Below, piece after piece: positions 21,578 through 35,300 of a stretch of 64,000 nt of DNA. A program made the translations under genes and the position numbers. The notes beneath the pieces were generated by a model. The model was not told where the DNA came from. It searched no databases and saw only the letters and a list, made by a program, of their open reading frames with translations. Within the stretch, counting starts at the first letter, position 1. Every line of letters begins with the position of its first letter. This DNA comes from Anthoceros angustus (lineage: Eukaryota; Plantae; Anthocerotophyta), in the NCBI GenBank assembly GCA_010909165.1, contig MU008153.1, positions 744,001-808,000 of the forward strand, written 5' to 3'.

Positions 21578-22753
21578 ATGGGGGTGCCGCTTGTTTCAGA
21601 TCCCAGGCCGGAGAGCGAGAGCTTGCCTTGCCCTGGTTTCGAGGGGTCTGAGAAGAGGCTGGAATTGGAATTCCTGTCCGATTCCTCTGATCTGACTTGC
21701 CTAGGGCTGAGAGCGCTGTCGCGTGCTGAGATTGATGAGATTTTGAAGCAGGCCGAGTGCACGATTGTCTCTCAACTTAGCAACGAGTGCCTGGACTCTT
21801 ATGTCCTGTCAGAATCCAGCCTCTTCATCTATCCCCTTAGAGTTGTGATCAAGACTTGCGGCACTACGCAGCTTCTCCTTGCCATCCCGTCCTTGCTGGA
21901 GGCTGCCAAGAGGCTTCACCTCACCGTCCACCGGTGTAAGTACACGCGTGGCACATTTATCTTTCCTTCTGCTCAGGCTTTTCCGCATGATCACTTCGGC
22001 AATGAAGTGGCGTATTTGGAGAAGCATTTCGGACATCTTGGAGCGGGCAAAAAGTCGGCTGTAATGGGAGATGCGTCCCATTCCCGCAATTGGCACATCT
22101 ACAATGTCGCTGCGGGTAACCAGGACACCACACCAATGTACACCATGGAGATGTGCATGACTGAACTTGACAGGGAGGCTGCGTCTCAGTTTTACAAGAC
22201 GACACATGTATCTGCAGCCCGGATGACTGAGGCCACTGGAATCTCGAAAATCTTGCCCAGGTCTGAGATCTCTGCCTTTGCCTTCGATCCCTGCGGCTAC
22301 TCAATGAATGGCATTGAAAGTGCGGCACATTCCACCATCCATGTGACCCCGGAAGATGGATTCAGCTATGCCAGCTTTGAGGCCATGGGATATGTACCTG
22401 GAAACATTGATTTGCGAGCGGTAGTGGATAGAGTTGTCCGCATCTTCAAACCAGCCGTTTTTTCCTTGGCGTTGGACGTGACTGGCAGTGCGGGTGCGGA
22501 CCATGTTCGATCGTCTTCCGTCTGCCCTCGCGGTTATTTTGTTGATGGAACCAGCCAGCAAGAATTCCAGAACCGCATTGTCATCTTTCGTACCTACAGG
22601 GCGGAGATAGCTTGCCAAGAGATAGAGTGCTTGAAAGCTCCGAATGGTGTGAAGACGGACAATCAAGTCAGTGACCGATTACATATCCTGCCCTGTGCGT
22701 CATCTGGATTGATGCACTGGAATAAGTCTGGTACGATGTTGCCCTCGTACTGA
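21578..22753 (+). CDS. SAMDC: S-adenosylmethionine decarboxylase proenzyme (391 aa, intronless CDS)
   Basis: GFEGSEKRLE, the proenzyme cleavage site [25 protein letters not shown] and STIHVTPEDGFSYASFE. The ATG at 21578 is the first in-frame ATG (the track start at 21548 is GTG). Confidence 0.97.
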   Translation: MGVPLVSDPRPESESLPCPGFEGSEKRLELEFLSDSSDLTCLGLRALSRAEIDEILKQAECTIVSQLSNECLDSYVLSESSLFIYPLRVVIKTCGTTQLLLAIPSLLEAAKRLHLTVHRCKYTRGTFIFPSAQAFPHDHFGNEVAYLEKHFGHLGAGKKSAVMGDASHSRNWHIYNVAAGNQDTTPMYTMEMCMTELDREAASQFYKTTHVSAARMTEATGISKILPRSEISAFAFDPCGYSMNGIESAAHSTIHVTPEDGFSYASFEAMGYVPGNIDLRAVVDRVVRIFKPAVFSLALDVTGSAGADHVRSSSVCPRGYFVDGTSQQEFQNRIVIFRTYRAEIACQEIECLKAPNGVKTDNQVSDRLHILPCASSGLMHWNKSGTMLPSY

Positions 22754-23378
22754 GGTGGCATAAAAAGTTTTGTTTGACAGTAGTAAGGAGCCATTTTGCA
22801 GGCGAATAGGTTATGGAATTGTAGCTCTGTAACTTATTATTATGATGGTCATCTCTTAACTCGTAGCACGCTGGCAGGAACTGTCAGCTGCTAAAATCAA
22901 TTCAGCGGCCTTTAAGGTTTTTGATTTGTATGATGTATAAAATCTTATCCCAAGGGCTGTTTATTCAAACTCGAGAGCTGAGTCTGAGTGCGCAAGATGT
23001 TGAATTTCACTCCACACTAGACCCTGCTCCACAAGTTTGTGATGACACAACTCCTCTCAGAATACTTTGCTTTCTTTACACGCATGTAGGTTGCGGGCAG
23101 AGTATCGAATAATCCATGGAATACAATACCTAATACCTTGTCGCAAGTGGACTACTCTCAATTTAAAACTATGCGACCACAATACTTAGTCATGAAAGCA
23201 CCTCTTATGTTAAGTACGAAAGCATCTCTATCGTAAGTAGAAACCATACATGTATGTAACTTCACTTGGAAGGCCAGCCAGCCGGGGATGGATGAGGGAC
23301 GGAACACAACAGTAGTACAAGGAAAGGTCCGAAATGCTGACCTTTCACGATGAAGGGATAAGCACAAGAGCTGCCAAG

Positions 23379-26300
23379 CTAAGCTTCTGCAATGCTGGCA
23401 GCCACCCTCTTGGGCTTGGGAGTAGATTCCTTCTCTGGCTCGCGTAAGGCAATGAATGTCAAGGCGTCACTTATAACTGGATATAGGTAACACCTCCACG
23501 GATGCTGTGCTCGCCAAATAAGCCTATCTTCGAATGCAGTGTCTTCGGCTATATCTGTCCGTGCACACCAAACCACATCTTCATCTGGTTCCAGGTAGGT
23601 ATTCACAGCCACACAACCCAAGGCCACATAGCCTTCTGGAGCTCTTGGCATCCATATGGTTATAGGCTCAACAAACCCATCACGCCAGCTCCTCCAAACC
23701 TGCACAGATATAAGGGCCAAAGGAAAGTCTGATCATGCAAACATCGAGTATACTACAACGATCGCTGGCTGTCATGATTGTGGGCTGTGTGAAATTGCAA
23801 GATCAAATGCCAGCTTTACCAAATCATAGCCAACAGGTCTAGCAAATTGGTTCGCATCATTCCTATACGCCATCGTGACTGTTGGACGATGCCTTCCCAC
23901 ATATGCCACGTCTCCAACAGAAACATATCTGGAACACAAACGCCCACCAAACGAACTATTATGGATAATACACCTGTCTACATTCATGCACGCTCACTCC
24001 GATCGATTTACAACACTCTTTCCGTGAAGCAGACAAAACTCAAGGCGACGTACCCTTCAGGTGGCATAGGACGCCATATTGTGCACATCTCTCGATCCGC
24101 GGTTGTCTGAAACAGGTGGGATTTGCAGGCTTGTAAGTGGTTACCCAGTTTTCCGTGCTCACTAGATGAGAACATGAAAAGGTTAAGGGGATTACCCGTC
24201 TTGAACACAGGGAACATGCAACACTTTCTTCCTTGTCACTGGTCCATATGTGCTCAAACAACACCACCTCCCTGGTAAATCCATGAGTCGATGTTTGCAT
24301 GGTCCCACTTGCAGCCCCAGGTGCTTCCCCTTCCTGGTTCGCATCCCTTTGTGCACTAGAGCTTGTCCCTATGTTTCCGCTCGTCTCTGCAGATAGACTT
24401 CTTGTCCTGCTAGGTGCGATGATTTGCTTGATACGGTGCTTTCTTCCCAGCTGCAGGGAACAGTGCAAGATAACATGCAGAATATAACATAAGGACTGAC
24501 GGCTTCTTCCCAGCTTCTAAACAGCAGGCAAAATCAGTATAATGTGACAATTGTCAACGAAAGATGAAACACCTACCTGCAAAGCCAGCTTTCTTCGATC
24601 AGGTCCATAAGCTCGCCATGCGTGCTCAAACGCAACGTACACTTGATACGCTTGTGGCAGACCCGAGCCGGGATCAGCCTCGAAACACCTTATGAGCTGG
24701 GCATATCTCTTGGGATCGTAGCGGCGATGAAGAATGACATGTGCTGGAAGCTGTTCTGTCCTTGGAAGTTCAAGTGCCAACAGATCCCTCCAAGGTACAT
24801 CCCACAGGATCTTACAAGGATCTGACAGGACCTTCTCCAGGCCAGCACCATGTGATTGCGGACGCTACAGTACACAGGGTCACATCAGCTTTTCCAGCAG
24901 CTACATAAGCTCAGAGACCAACAAATACACCAAGAGGTTCACAAATCATACCAGCAGCATGAGTACACGGCGGTTTGTAATCATCACAATCCTGCCCTTG
25001 GGCAGATCGAAATGTTCATGATAGACATCACTCCAAGCAAACTTCGCCTGCTCCTTGAATACCTTCTCACGGAAGTAACCAGACTCGGCAAGGTGTAGGA
25101 TTGCCTGCATCCAATGGAAACTCATTATGATTCTGTATAGACCAGAAAATCTGACAACACAAAGAAAATAAGTTTCGTACTTGGCCCAAAGCAGCTTTCT
25201 CATCATATGGAGTGAGCACACCATCCCCTCGAATAGCTCTTGGTATACGGACTCTCTGAACTTGAGGTTCATGATCCAGTATCTCAAGGTATCGACTACA
25301 AGTAGCTTCAACTCCATTTACAGTCAAGGCAACAAAGTCCAGCACTCCACTAAAAGGTTGCATCACGAAACCAACAACCGCTCTGCCAATACCCTGAAAG
25401 AAACCAGCCACCCCATTTTCTCTTGCACTTGCTATGGGCTTTGTCATAATGCCAGTAACCCCATACACAAAACCTCGTGCCAGAGCTTCTGTTCCCTGTA
25501 ACAAGCCGTCGCCAACACCTGCAATATTCTTGGCTCTCTCCTGCAACAAAAGAAGTGAACCTTGTTGGAAAATGCAGCCACACAAGTTGAAGACTAAGCA
25601 AAACTGATCAAATTATTACCTGCTGTGCTCGCAATTTCAAAAAGCTTCCATCATTGGACAGGACAGCAGCACCTTTGCTGATTGTCCAAAGTGTTGAACT
25701 CGTCATTCCAAGCACATCAACTCCAGAGAGCAGTTGCAGTGGTTGATGAATCAAGTCTCTTCGAATACGATCGGTAATTGCAGAACCTACTTGACTTTTT
25801 CTGACAATTTTGTACTCCCGGAAAACAGCATTGATTCGGATCTGGAACACATTCCAAGCAGGATTAACAAGACTCGCCCAGTCAATAGATAAAAGTCTGG
25901 ATATCCACTTGCTTAACTCTTAAGCTATATTGGGCAAACACATGGAAACAAGCAGAAGACCCATACTGGCATCTTGTTCATGTTGCCCAGTGTGGTCACT
26001 AGTGGACTATAAATCCCCAAAGCTCCTCGTGGGCGTTGACCGGGAGCTGTTTCCATGGAAAGCTTCAAACGAACATCTGAAAGATCAATCATCCTGCAAA
26101 ATGTCGACAAATCATCATAAACCTTCGGAAACTCCCTGAAAAGCATTTTTTTTCTTTATCATCTTTCAAATTACACTGGACCACAAGAAGATGTTCTCCG
26201 CAAGGTACGCACTCAAATTTAATTTCTGGATCAACTTGCACAACGTCTGAACCCCCACTGAGACGATCCAGATGAAGATTGTTGTACATGCCCATAAGAG

Positions 26301-29300
26301 CCCAGATGATAGGCTCGTGGACATTAATCCGCCAAGGGCTTTCAGTGACCTACAATACGGAAATAAGGTATCATACAGGAGTCAATGACTAAACAGCGGT
26401 GTCACTTCATGCCCAGGTTCTTCTGCTTTCCCTGAACGAACACCATCTCACAACAAAACTTTTGAGACACAGTGACCTAGCAAACCTAATTAAGACACTT
26501 TTCAGTGACCAGTTCCAATCTCACCCGCAACCCAACATATGGGAACACTTCAGTGCTCTCGCTGTTGTCATTGCACTTATAGATAGTCAGCTTCAGCACA
26601 TATTCAGAGGAATGATCACGACGTTCGGGGTACAGCAGCACTGGCATGGGAGAGAGTGGTAACTGGTTATCTAGTTGCAAGTAGCCCAGGAGGACCTTTA
26701 ACCTGCAATGTCGAACGGAAGAAACAACCGATTAAAACAGTGGCTATTGACTGTGATCGCCCAAGGATCCTGATGAGAAGCAGATAGCTCATACCTGCTA
26801 GTACCATCATTATACCCCGTTGAGTATGATAGGACTAAGTTCTCCAGAAACAAGAAGAGAATCTCCAAAGGATTGTGGTCTATCACGGACAACCCCAACT
26901 TGCCTATATCCAGCACAATTTCAAGCTGTGTAGATGCAGCAGAGTTGGCGATTCCACTTTGCCCCAATTGATCCAAGCCACCTCGTACGAGAGATGCATC
27001 AAGTTCATCCAACACACTAGCGTATCGAGCCTCACTCTCATAAAATCGAACAACTTTAAGATCATGGTGTTCCACAACTAGCACGCAGATCTTCATCGAA
27101 ATGCTCGCCTCCGTGTACAGGACAGGTTGATGGCCTATCTTATTGATATCATACCGCTGTACATGGCATACGTCCACCCCCTCAACAAGAACCTCCAGGA
27201 TCTGCTCACCCTGTGGATTTTCCCAAGCAAATGACTTGGTAGACTGTGGCTGCAGATTCTGCCAGCCATCATCAGTCGTTTCCGCTTCATGATCAATTCC
27301 TGCTTGTCGATATATGATAGACTTTGACTTTGTACGGTTCTCAATCCTGTAGGACAGCAAGCGTCTCAAAAGGCTTGTCTGCTAAATAAACATAGATAGC
27401 ACAACCAGAAGCACCACCAACCTGTACGGCCCTCTTGTAGATCCTAGTCGGAACACAACTGAATACCGCGACCCATCCTCCTGTGTACGTATATCGACGC
27501 GAACAGTTTTCCTTACACCATTCGGGCCCCGCATGGGCACATGCATCGTTTCCTCCTGCCGTAGAACAAGTGCATGAGACCACTCAAAACCGTCCACACG
27601 GATCTGCAAGCAGCAACAGGCCTTATATTGTCAGTGTGCACATGTATACCAACACACATGCTTCAACTTCTATTATCAATATCCTGGACTACACGTCACC
27701 TGCAGTTTTTCCTGTTCATCACTATCCGGGACCGGAAAAGCCACCTTCCAGTCAGATTCTTTCAGGGTACTAAACTCATCCGCATTGCCTATCTTCAGAT
27801 GAAGTGCTTGCCCCATCATGTTGCTGAATGTCACATATGGCCGGATACGGATGACCTATTATGCATCAGTTTAAACAGGTTAGAACATGTTCGCTGGCTG
27901 TACTTAAAAGCTCTAAGGACGCAATACCAAAATGGGTTTAGGGGAACACACCTTGGTCGCAGCAAAGTTTAAGGGGCATGACGACGTTGAAACCAACAAT
28001 CGAAACTGTGATCCATTAGTATCTATCGCTCTGACCTCAGCACAGCCATCCTGGAAAACATTTGAGATAAAGGGCATCAGTCATCAATTCCTCATCTGCT
28101 AGAAGGCAATGGATAGAATGTATGAACAGAACTGTTGAACTGCAATTGGAATACGTACTGCATCAGCAAGGGCTTCAAGTGGCCACACCGGTCCAAAATT
28201 GCCAGAACTTCCTAGTGCAACTGATAACCCCGTGACCTTTGGATCAAAAGATGAAAGCATCACAGGATAGTTTGGCAACTCTTCCACATCAATCTCGTCA
28301 AACACATGACCCTCCTTAACAGCTGGTACACAGAAAGAAGCTTCCGAAGAATGTTTCTCCCGAGCAGATTCCTTTTTGCCCTGGTTAGTAGCCTTCGCTA
28401 TCTGAACAAATCTATACCGTAAGGGTGGACAGTTATCCCTGTCCAACCAGCATGGGACAAAGAGTCGTAACACCCTTGCTGCAATTCCTTCGTCATGATC
28501 ATATTCTATCCGCACCTTAACTTTCCTGAGACATGGCACGCTATGTGAGAGGGCTGCTTAGATCCTATCAAATAAGGACCTAACATTCAAAATCCGGTTT
28601 ACCTTCCAGTGATCAAGTTCTTCAATGTAATATGGTTCTCCAACTCTCGGTATGAATGAGATATCAAAGCCACCTCCTTTTGGAAACATCAGAAGCACCA
28701 ATGTATATCAGTTACTAACAGGTGTAATAACTTGTGTCAAAACTTACTTGCAGTTGAACAACCCAGACAAGTGTCATTCACAGTCGTGGACATGCCTCCA
28801 ACTAATTGACATGGCTAACGAGTCCACGGTTCCTTACTCTTTTGGGATGCCAACCACCTTGTGGAAGCCATGTCAGATAAAGGGCTCTGCGGAGGTCTGC
28901 ATGATAGATCTGGGCCCTTTTGCCTGGATCAATAACCCCGCGATCTCGAACAAGAGGACCCCTGACATGGGACTTCTCTGCTACAGCAAATTCCGAGGGA
29001 ACAGGAAGGAAGTTCACCAGCACTAAAGGGGCAGTTACTACAATCTTCCAATCCTTGATAGGCTCAAGGTGAGCGTCCCTCCCAATATTTACAGAGGTCA
29101 ACTCAACACAAAGCCAAGCACCTTTACCATGTGCCGAACTGCTGCCTGCTTCAATCGGACAACTCAATAGCTCTTCAGTATCTATGAGAGTGTGTATACG
29201 GATCTCTTCAACAGCTGACTTATGCTTTTCTCCTCCTGCACGCCAACTGTGATGCATTACTCGGCTCCAGCCATACACACAATGCATGCTACCCTCCTCC

Positions 29301-32300
29301 ACATGTGGTCGGACTTGCAGGCAGTAATCTTGACTTGTTGGGCGCAAAGTGGTCAGGGGTAGTGGAATGCTTTGCCCTGGTTCCACAACCCCAAGAATCA
29401 GACGGCTTGCTTGTTCTGGCCCTGATGAGATATACTGCCTAGTTCGAACCCAGCGGCGACGCCGCACAAAACTTAATGCTCCTTCTGAGAAGTGGAATGG
29501 AGGCCATGGAAAGTTCTTGAAATCAAACGCATAGCCCCACCCTTCTTCGTCGACAGGATCAACTTTGTCAACATACCAGTCGCTCGTCCATTCCCAGTTG
29601 GAGGGCAAGTCTATATGTGGAAATTCCTGCATTGATAAACCACCAATATAAAGTGATAACTTCAGGTAAGCTATATCCACAACGACATTAATGAGCCGTG
29701 AATTCACGAACAGTATATCCAAAACTATGTGTTACGAAGTTCTCACCTGTGATGAGTTCGAGAAATCTTTCCTAGACCAGTGTCCAGGATCTGCTGGAAG
29801 AAGATGTCCTGGCCACGTGCTTCCCCACCCTGAGATAGGCTGGTACCTTTCGTTCTCAAATACTTCCTCCACCACCAAACCTTCATCAGCTTTTTTACGA
29901 TCAAGGGACTCATCACATTCCAATGAAAAGGCTGACTTCCCGGCCATTGGCTTGGGGGACAAAGACACTTCGATAGGGAAATCTGCACTGTTCTGGACTA
30001 CGACCAGAGATCTCAGAAACAAATGCTTATTGCTGCCTTCCAGAACAATTTCACTGCCCACAATATCATCACCGATGGACAGTGGTGCAGCTCCTAATGC
30101 ATAGTTTAGGCCTACGTTTGTCCATGGTCCTTTGTCTGAAAGACCAACTTGCAATGTTCCTGGCTTTGGACCACCTTGTCGTGTCACAGGCTGCCTGTTC
30201 TCACCACCACCCCCCAGAAAATAATACTCGGCAACACATAGTTGGCTGCATGCTGCTTGCTCATCCTGATGGTCCATCAGGTTCTGGATCACAAAAAAGC
30301 AGGAATAACTGAGTAAATGGACAACAATAAAGTAAAGGACTGCTAAAGGGAAAGGGTTGCTCCAACACCTGGGAATCTTGGGGCGTGCGAAGTGGGTGCC
30401 ATGTCATCTGTGTACTTGACCAATTAATGTGATCATTCTCCTGGAATTTATGGACCGTCTCCTGGTTTCTGTTCACCTCATCTGTGAGAGGAATTGAGCA
30501 AAATCCGACTGCCGCCCCTGAAAATGGACAAGCGACAAATCAAAACAAAATTTCAATTGCAATATATAAACATCACCATCCGACAAAGTCTAGATATTAA
30601 AGAATAGGGCCCAAAGTCACCCATCCCCAGTACCAACACATACATTCCATACCTTTAGCAAGATCAACCACAAGTATCTCCGCTGCACACAATTCCTGCA
30701 TAGAAATCACACATCCCAATCAGACCAACGAAATATTTTTGCAAAGCAAGTTTTGCTTGATCTTTAGAAGCCACATCTCCCTCACCCCTGGTTCAATCTC
30801 AAACACAAATACTTCATCCCAAGTGACAAACACTTTCTGAGAAGAGTCCTTCGAAACACTGCTTTCTGGGCTCTTGGATTGAGTTCGTGCACCCTGATAC
30901 TGTAGCTGCCTCTGATCGGCAGTTTGTACTCGTGGAACAATGCGGACAGCAGACATGTATTCCCTGCCCCCAAAACCATCTTCTGCAGGCAACTATTCCA
31001 CCAAGGCACAGCAAAATCAACTATATGAAAACTAACCAAATCTAGCTTGTAACTACGTTGGATATAATATTCAGACGACCACATGCCAACCTCTGCTTGA
31101 CCAATTCTGAGCGCCACAAAGAGAACCGACGGTTTCTTTGGCCTTCCCTTCAGGCTCCGGTCTTCAACATTCCGTGGTGCAAGCTTCACAGAACGCTTTT
31201 CTCCGGGTGGAAGCAAAAGTAGTTTTGCTTGACCAGCATCATCTACAACAGAGAAAACAATCTCTTCGCCAAGATCATTATGACTTACAATGCAAAGGCT
31301 CTGTCTGTTTTCAACTTCCAAAGCCGGTTTTGCATCCCTGCTGGAAGCACTTTGATCCTATAACACGAGAAAAAGTGATCTTGAGTGCATACACCATGCA
31401 TCACAACTGCGGCCTGTAATACTCACAAAATAGGAGAATAATTAGCAAAAGACACAAGCCCACCAGAAAACTTTGTTTCTTTGAAGTCTCCTCAATGTTG
31501 CTCAACTTTTTCCAACTAGCAGCTGCTTCCAGAAACAAATTGACATTGGCTGTTGACATGTTCACATTTAGCATGCTGGTAGCTGCAAGTCGAATGCGAG
31601 TTTCTGTTGGGCGGGTTGTATCAGCTGGATCTTTGTTAAACTCATATCTGCGCCAGCAATCAACAACTCAGATTGGTTAGATGGGATAACATATATTTTT
31701 TATCACCACCTAGCATGTGCATAACACAAAGTTCCAATGACTGCGTGGACCCTGTGCAGTTGACGCGAATACATACCTTACAAAGCCATCACATTGTTCT
31801 ATGAGAGGTTCCCATGCATCATACTTTCCATTGTATGTTGCTCCACTCAGGGAGAAATTTGCAGCTGAACTGAATGCTTCGGCTCTCCCGTGTAATGCAA
31901 GTGTAATTCCGCTCAAGGAAAAATCTAGCAATGGGGCCATCTGCAAGAAGACAAGAGTCACCTAAGATCTTGAGCAAAATGCTCAACCAGGGTGGCCACG
32001 AACTCATGCTTACACTTTTCCAATCACTGCTTACCAAACCACCAAAGTCGTCAAAGAACGAGGCTGATACAAGCTTAGCCTCTGCATCCACAACTAGATT
32101 GTCAGGTGCGTCAGGTTGTCTAAGCTCAACAAGACCAACAGCTAAGCGTTTCGGAGGATGCTTAGGACCACGTTGGACAAGGAATGTATATCCCTGCAAG
32201 CTTGCACAAAGTTTCAATTAGGCTACACTTCCAGAGCTTAAGACATCTGATGCAGACACCTAAATGATCAACAACAACACCACTACACAGATGCATGAGG

Positions 32301-35300
32301 CTCACCTGACTCTGCAAAGGCCAAATACTGAAGTCAGGTTTCACATGCCTCAAATCTCTGGTGTCCCACAGGCTTGATGCAGGCAAAGGTACTCCAATAA
32401 CTAAATCTGTCCGAACACATGCCACAGATTCCGTATCCTCCACCTGTGGTGTGGAGCTCCTAGTTGCAATGCACCCAAGAGACACATACCCAGGTGGAGC
32501 AACAGGGAACCAAAATGACACTGCTTCTAGTCCCCTCTTCTTTGGAATTTGCCCTTGAAGACGGAAGCGAACAGGTTTTTTCAGCAATTGATCATCAGGA
32601 TTGTCACGGAGAACCAGGCCCAAGCTTGGGGGTTCATACCTGCCACACCTCAAAACATTCACAGCTGCGCCATGAGCAAGAGATATGGCATTCACGAGGG
32701 TAAAGGTGAAACACTGAACATGTCGAAGTACATATGGATGCCACCAGCACACCAGCCACTTACCCTTCAATAGCCATATCACCACATATAGCACAACCAA
32801 TTGGAGCAATCGGCCTCCATATAGAAACACCTTTTGGTGACCCACTTCCCTTATTCCACCAAATGAGTTTAAATCGAGCTACATGTTCGAAAATCCGGCC
32901 AGATGGTGATGCAGAGAGAGCTTGCTCAGCTTGCCCACCTCTTGGTGATGATGGTTGATTTGAGACCGGGGACGGATTCCCCTGACCTGGGAAGCACCCC
33001 TGATCAAAAATTACCTGTCGAAGTTCATACGGCTTGACCTTAGCTGGGCCTAGTTCATGCTGCGTGAAAAACGACCCTACAGAATTATCCACCCTCCAAA
33101 ATGCCTGGTTCGTCGAGTCCTGGTCACTGCATGTACAGAACGCACAATCATCTGAAACTGTGCAAATATGAAATAGAGGTATACCATCATGAAAGATTCC
33201 AAACCTGAGACTACATACGAATGAACTCACCGGTGCTCAGCTCGTACAAAAATACAGTCCCTCATTGAGCAAGGGCTCAACAAGACCTCCAAGACACATT
33301 GTACGACATTAAGCGGTGGCGGGTCATGTCCCCTGGTGGCTACACATCCTAAAGGTAGATAACCAGGTGGAGGGATTGGTAACCAAACACAACACTCATC
33401 CACCTCATGCTCTTCCCGTGCTGAATGTGAGGAAGCACCAAAAGTAGATTTCGAGGACCAAACCAGTCGAAAATCTACTGGCTTCTTCACACGGGCAAGC
33501 CCCATATTGAGGGCCACAACACCCTTCGCTGGTGGCTCATGTCTGTCCAAGGAAATGCACCTTAGCAGTTTTCAGAGACAATACAGCCCCAAAAATTTCT
33601 GATGATGTAACAAGTACTTACAGTGGTGTGAAACAATCCCCCAAGACCGCAAAACCCGGTGGTGCTCGAGGCCGCCAGAATGCAATCTGATTAAGTCCTT
33701 TCTCCACTCCTGATGGACAAGCAGATCAGCTGCTTGTACATACTAAACCATGCCGACAAGCCGGTTGAACATCGGATACATCGATACATGACCAAGAACA
33801 TGGCCTTACCTTCATTTGCCCAGACTTTGTCAAACTCGGAGCACTCCACAGTTATTTGCTCGGAGGTGATTCGCAGGAATGACATAACATCCTCTTGGAG
33901 CCTTAAGATCAACTGAATAATGCTAAAAGAGAAGTTGGTGTATATCTCTGACATGCCTACATGAATATTCTGCTTCCCTGAAACACTTGAATACTTCAAC
34001 ATGGTATCAAATGGCTCCAGAACATTCAGGCCACTGCTGGATTCTATAGAAAGGCTGCTTATCTTGGCATTCAACTCCATATCATCACCCTTCATTATAA
34101 ATCTGACACAGAAAGCACATGTAAAAAGATTGGTTACGTGTATATACAATGTCACCCTGAGATGGCACTATTGAACAAGATAAGCTTCTGAACCCTGGAA
34201 GACCTATGTTCTCCAGGAAGAGAGAGCTTAACGGTGCAAACGATGAAAGCTAGCTTCTGCTCAGGACAAATGACGCACCTTGAAAACATGTTCATCCTGG
34301 CACGCAAGAGATTTTCAGGGAGTTCAGGGAGGCGTTTAGTTCCATTGTAAAACGTTAGCTCTGGTCCAATTGCCTGAAACAGTGCTACAGATTCAGACTT
34401 GGTTTCTTTGTCAGCTTGATTGGAGTTGAAATATTTTGTTAACATATCATATTTCAATATTGAGAGATTTATCACCACAGTGCCAAGACAAACCAAAGTA
34501 GCTCACACTCAACTTCAAGACCTGACGCAAACAATGTACTCACCTGCAAATCAAACATGATTTCATCAGCAGACGAGGCCTCTGGTAGCTCCTGGTTACG
34601 ATCCGTGCTGTTTTCATCATCAGAACTGATTGAGCTACCATCCGCAGACTTTTCAGGATCTCCCTCTAAAAATACGCCATCATGTTCCGAAGCGGAATAG
34701 CTGCTATTACTCCCAAGACACACGCATGAATCAAGATATACACCATTCTGTCAACCCACAAGAGTTACAGTTATTAGTGCAGCCGTGAGCCCTCAAATGT
34801 GTGCAACACTGAAAAATCAAGACATCACGTCGAGGTTGTCTACAGAACCTTACCTGGATAATTACATTTTTGAATCTAAGTTTCTTGCAATCACCAACGA
34901 AGATTAGAGTCTCTTGAGAATCTTGATCCATGTTTGCTTCATTTCTGTTCAATAGGCGGACGTGCTGACCTCTACCATCATATACATACTCATCAATCTT
35001 GTCGTAGTCAGCTACAAGAGGCCTTTTGGGAGACAGTACAACTTCCTTGGAACTCTGTATGTGCACAGACTTAGTCAGAAAGATCCCATCCTTCATATCC
35101 AAAGGGTTCTCATCTAAACCTTTGCCATCAGATCGCACAGCATGGATAGACGGTATGAAGAACTCTGCTACAGCAAGCAAAAAGTCCAATGCCACCAACA
35201 GGCGGGGACGTTGAATCCTCAGAGAGATCATTTTCAGATGGTTATTCAGCTTAGCATCCAACACAAGCATTGTAAGTGATGGTACACCATCAGTGTAACA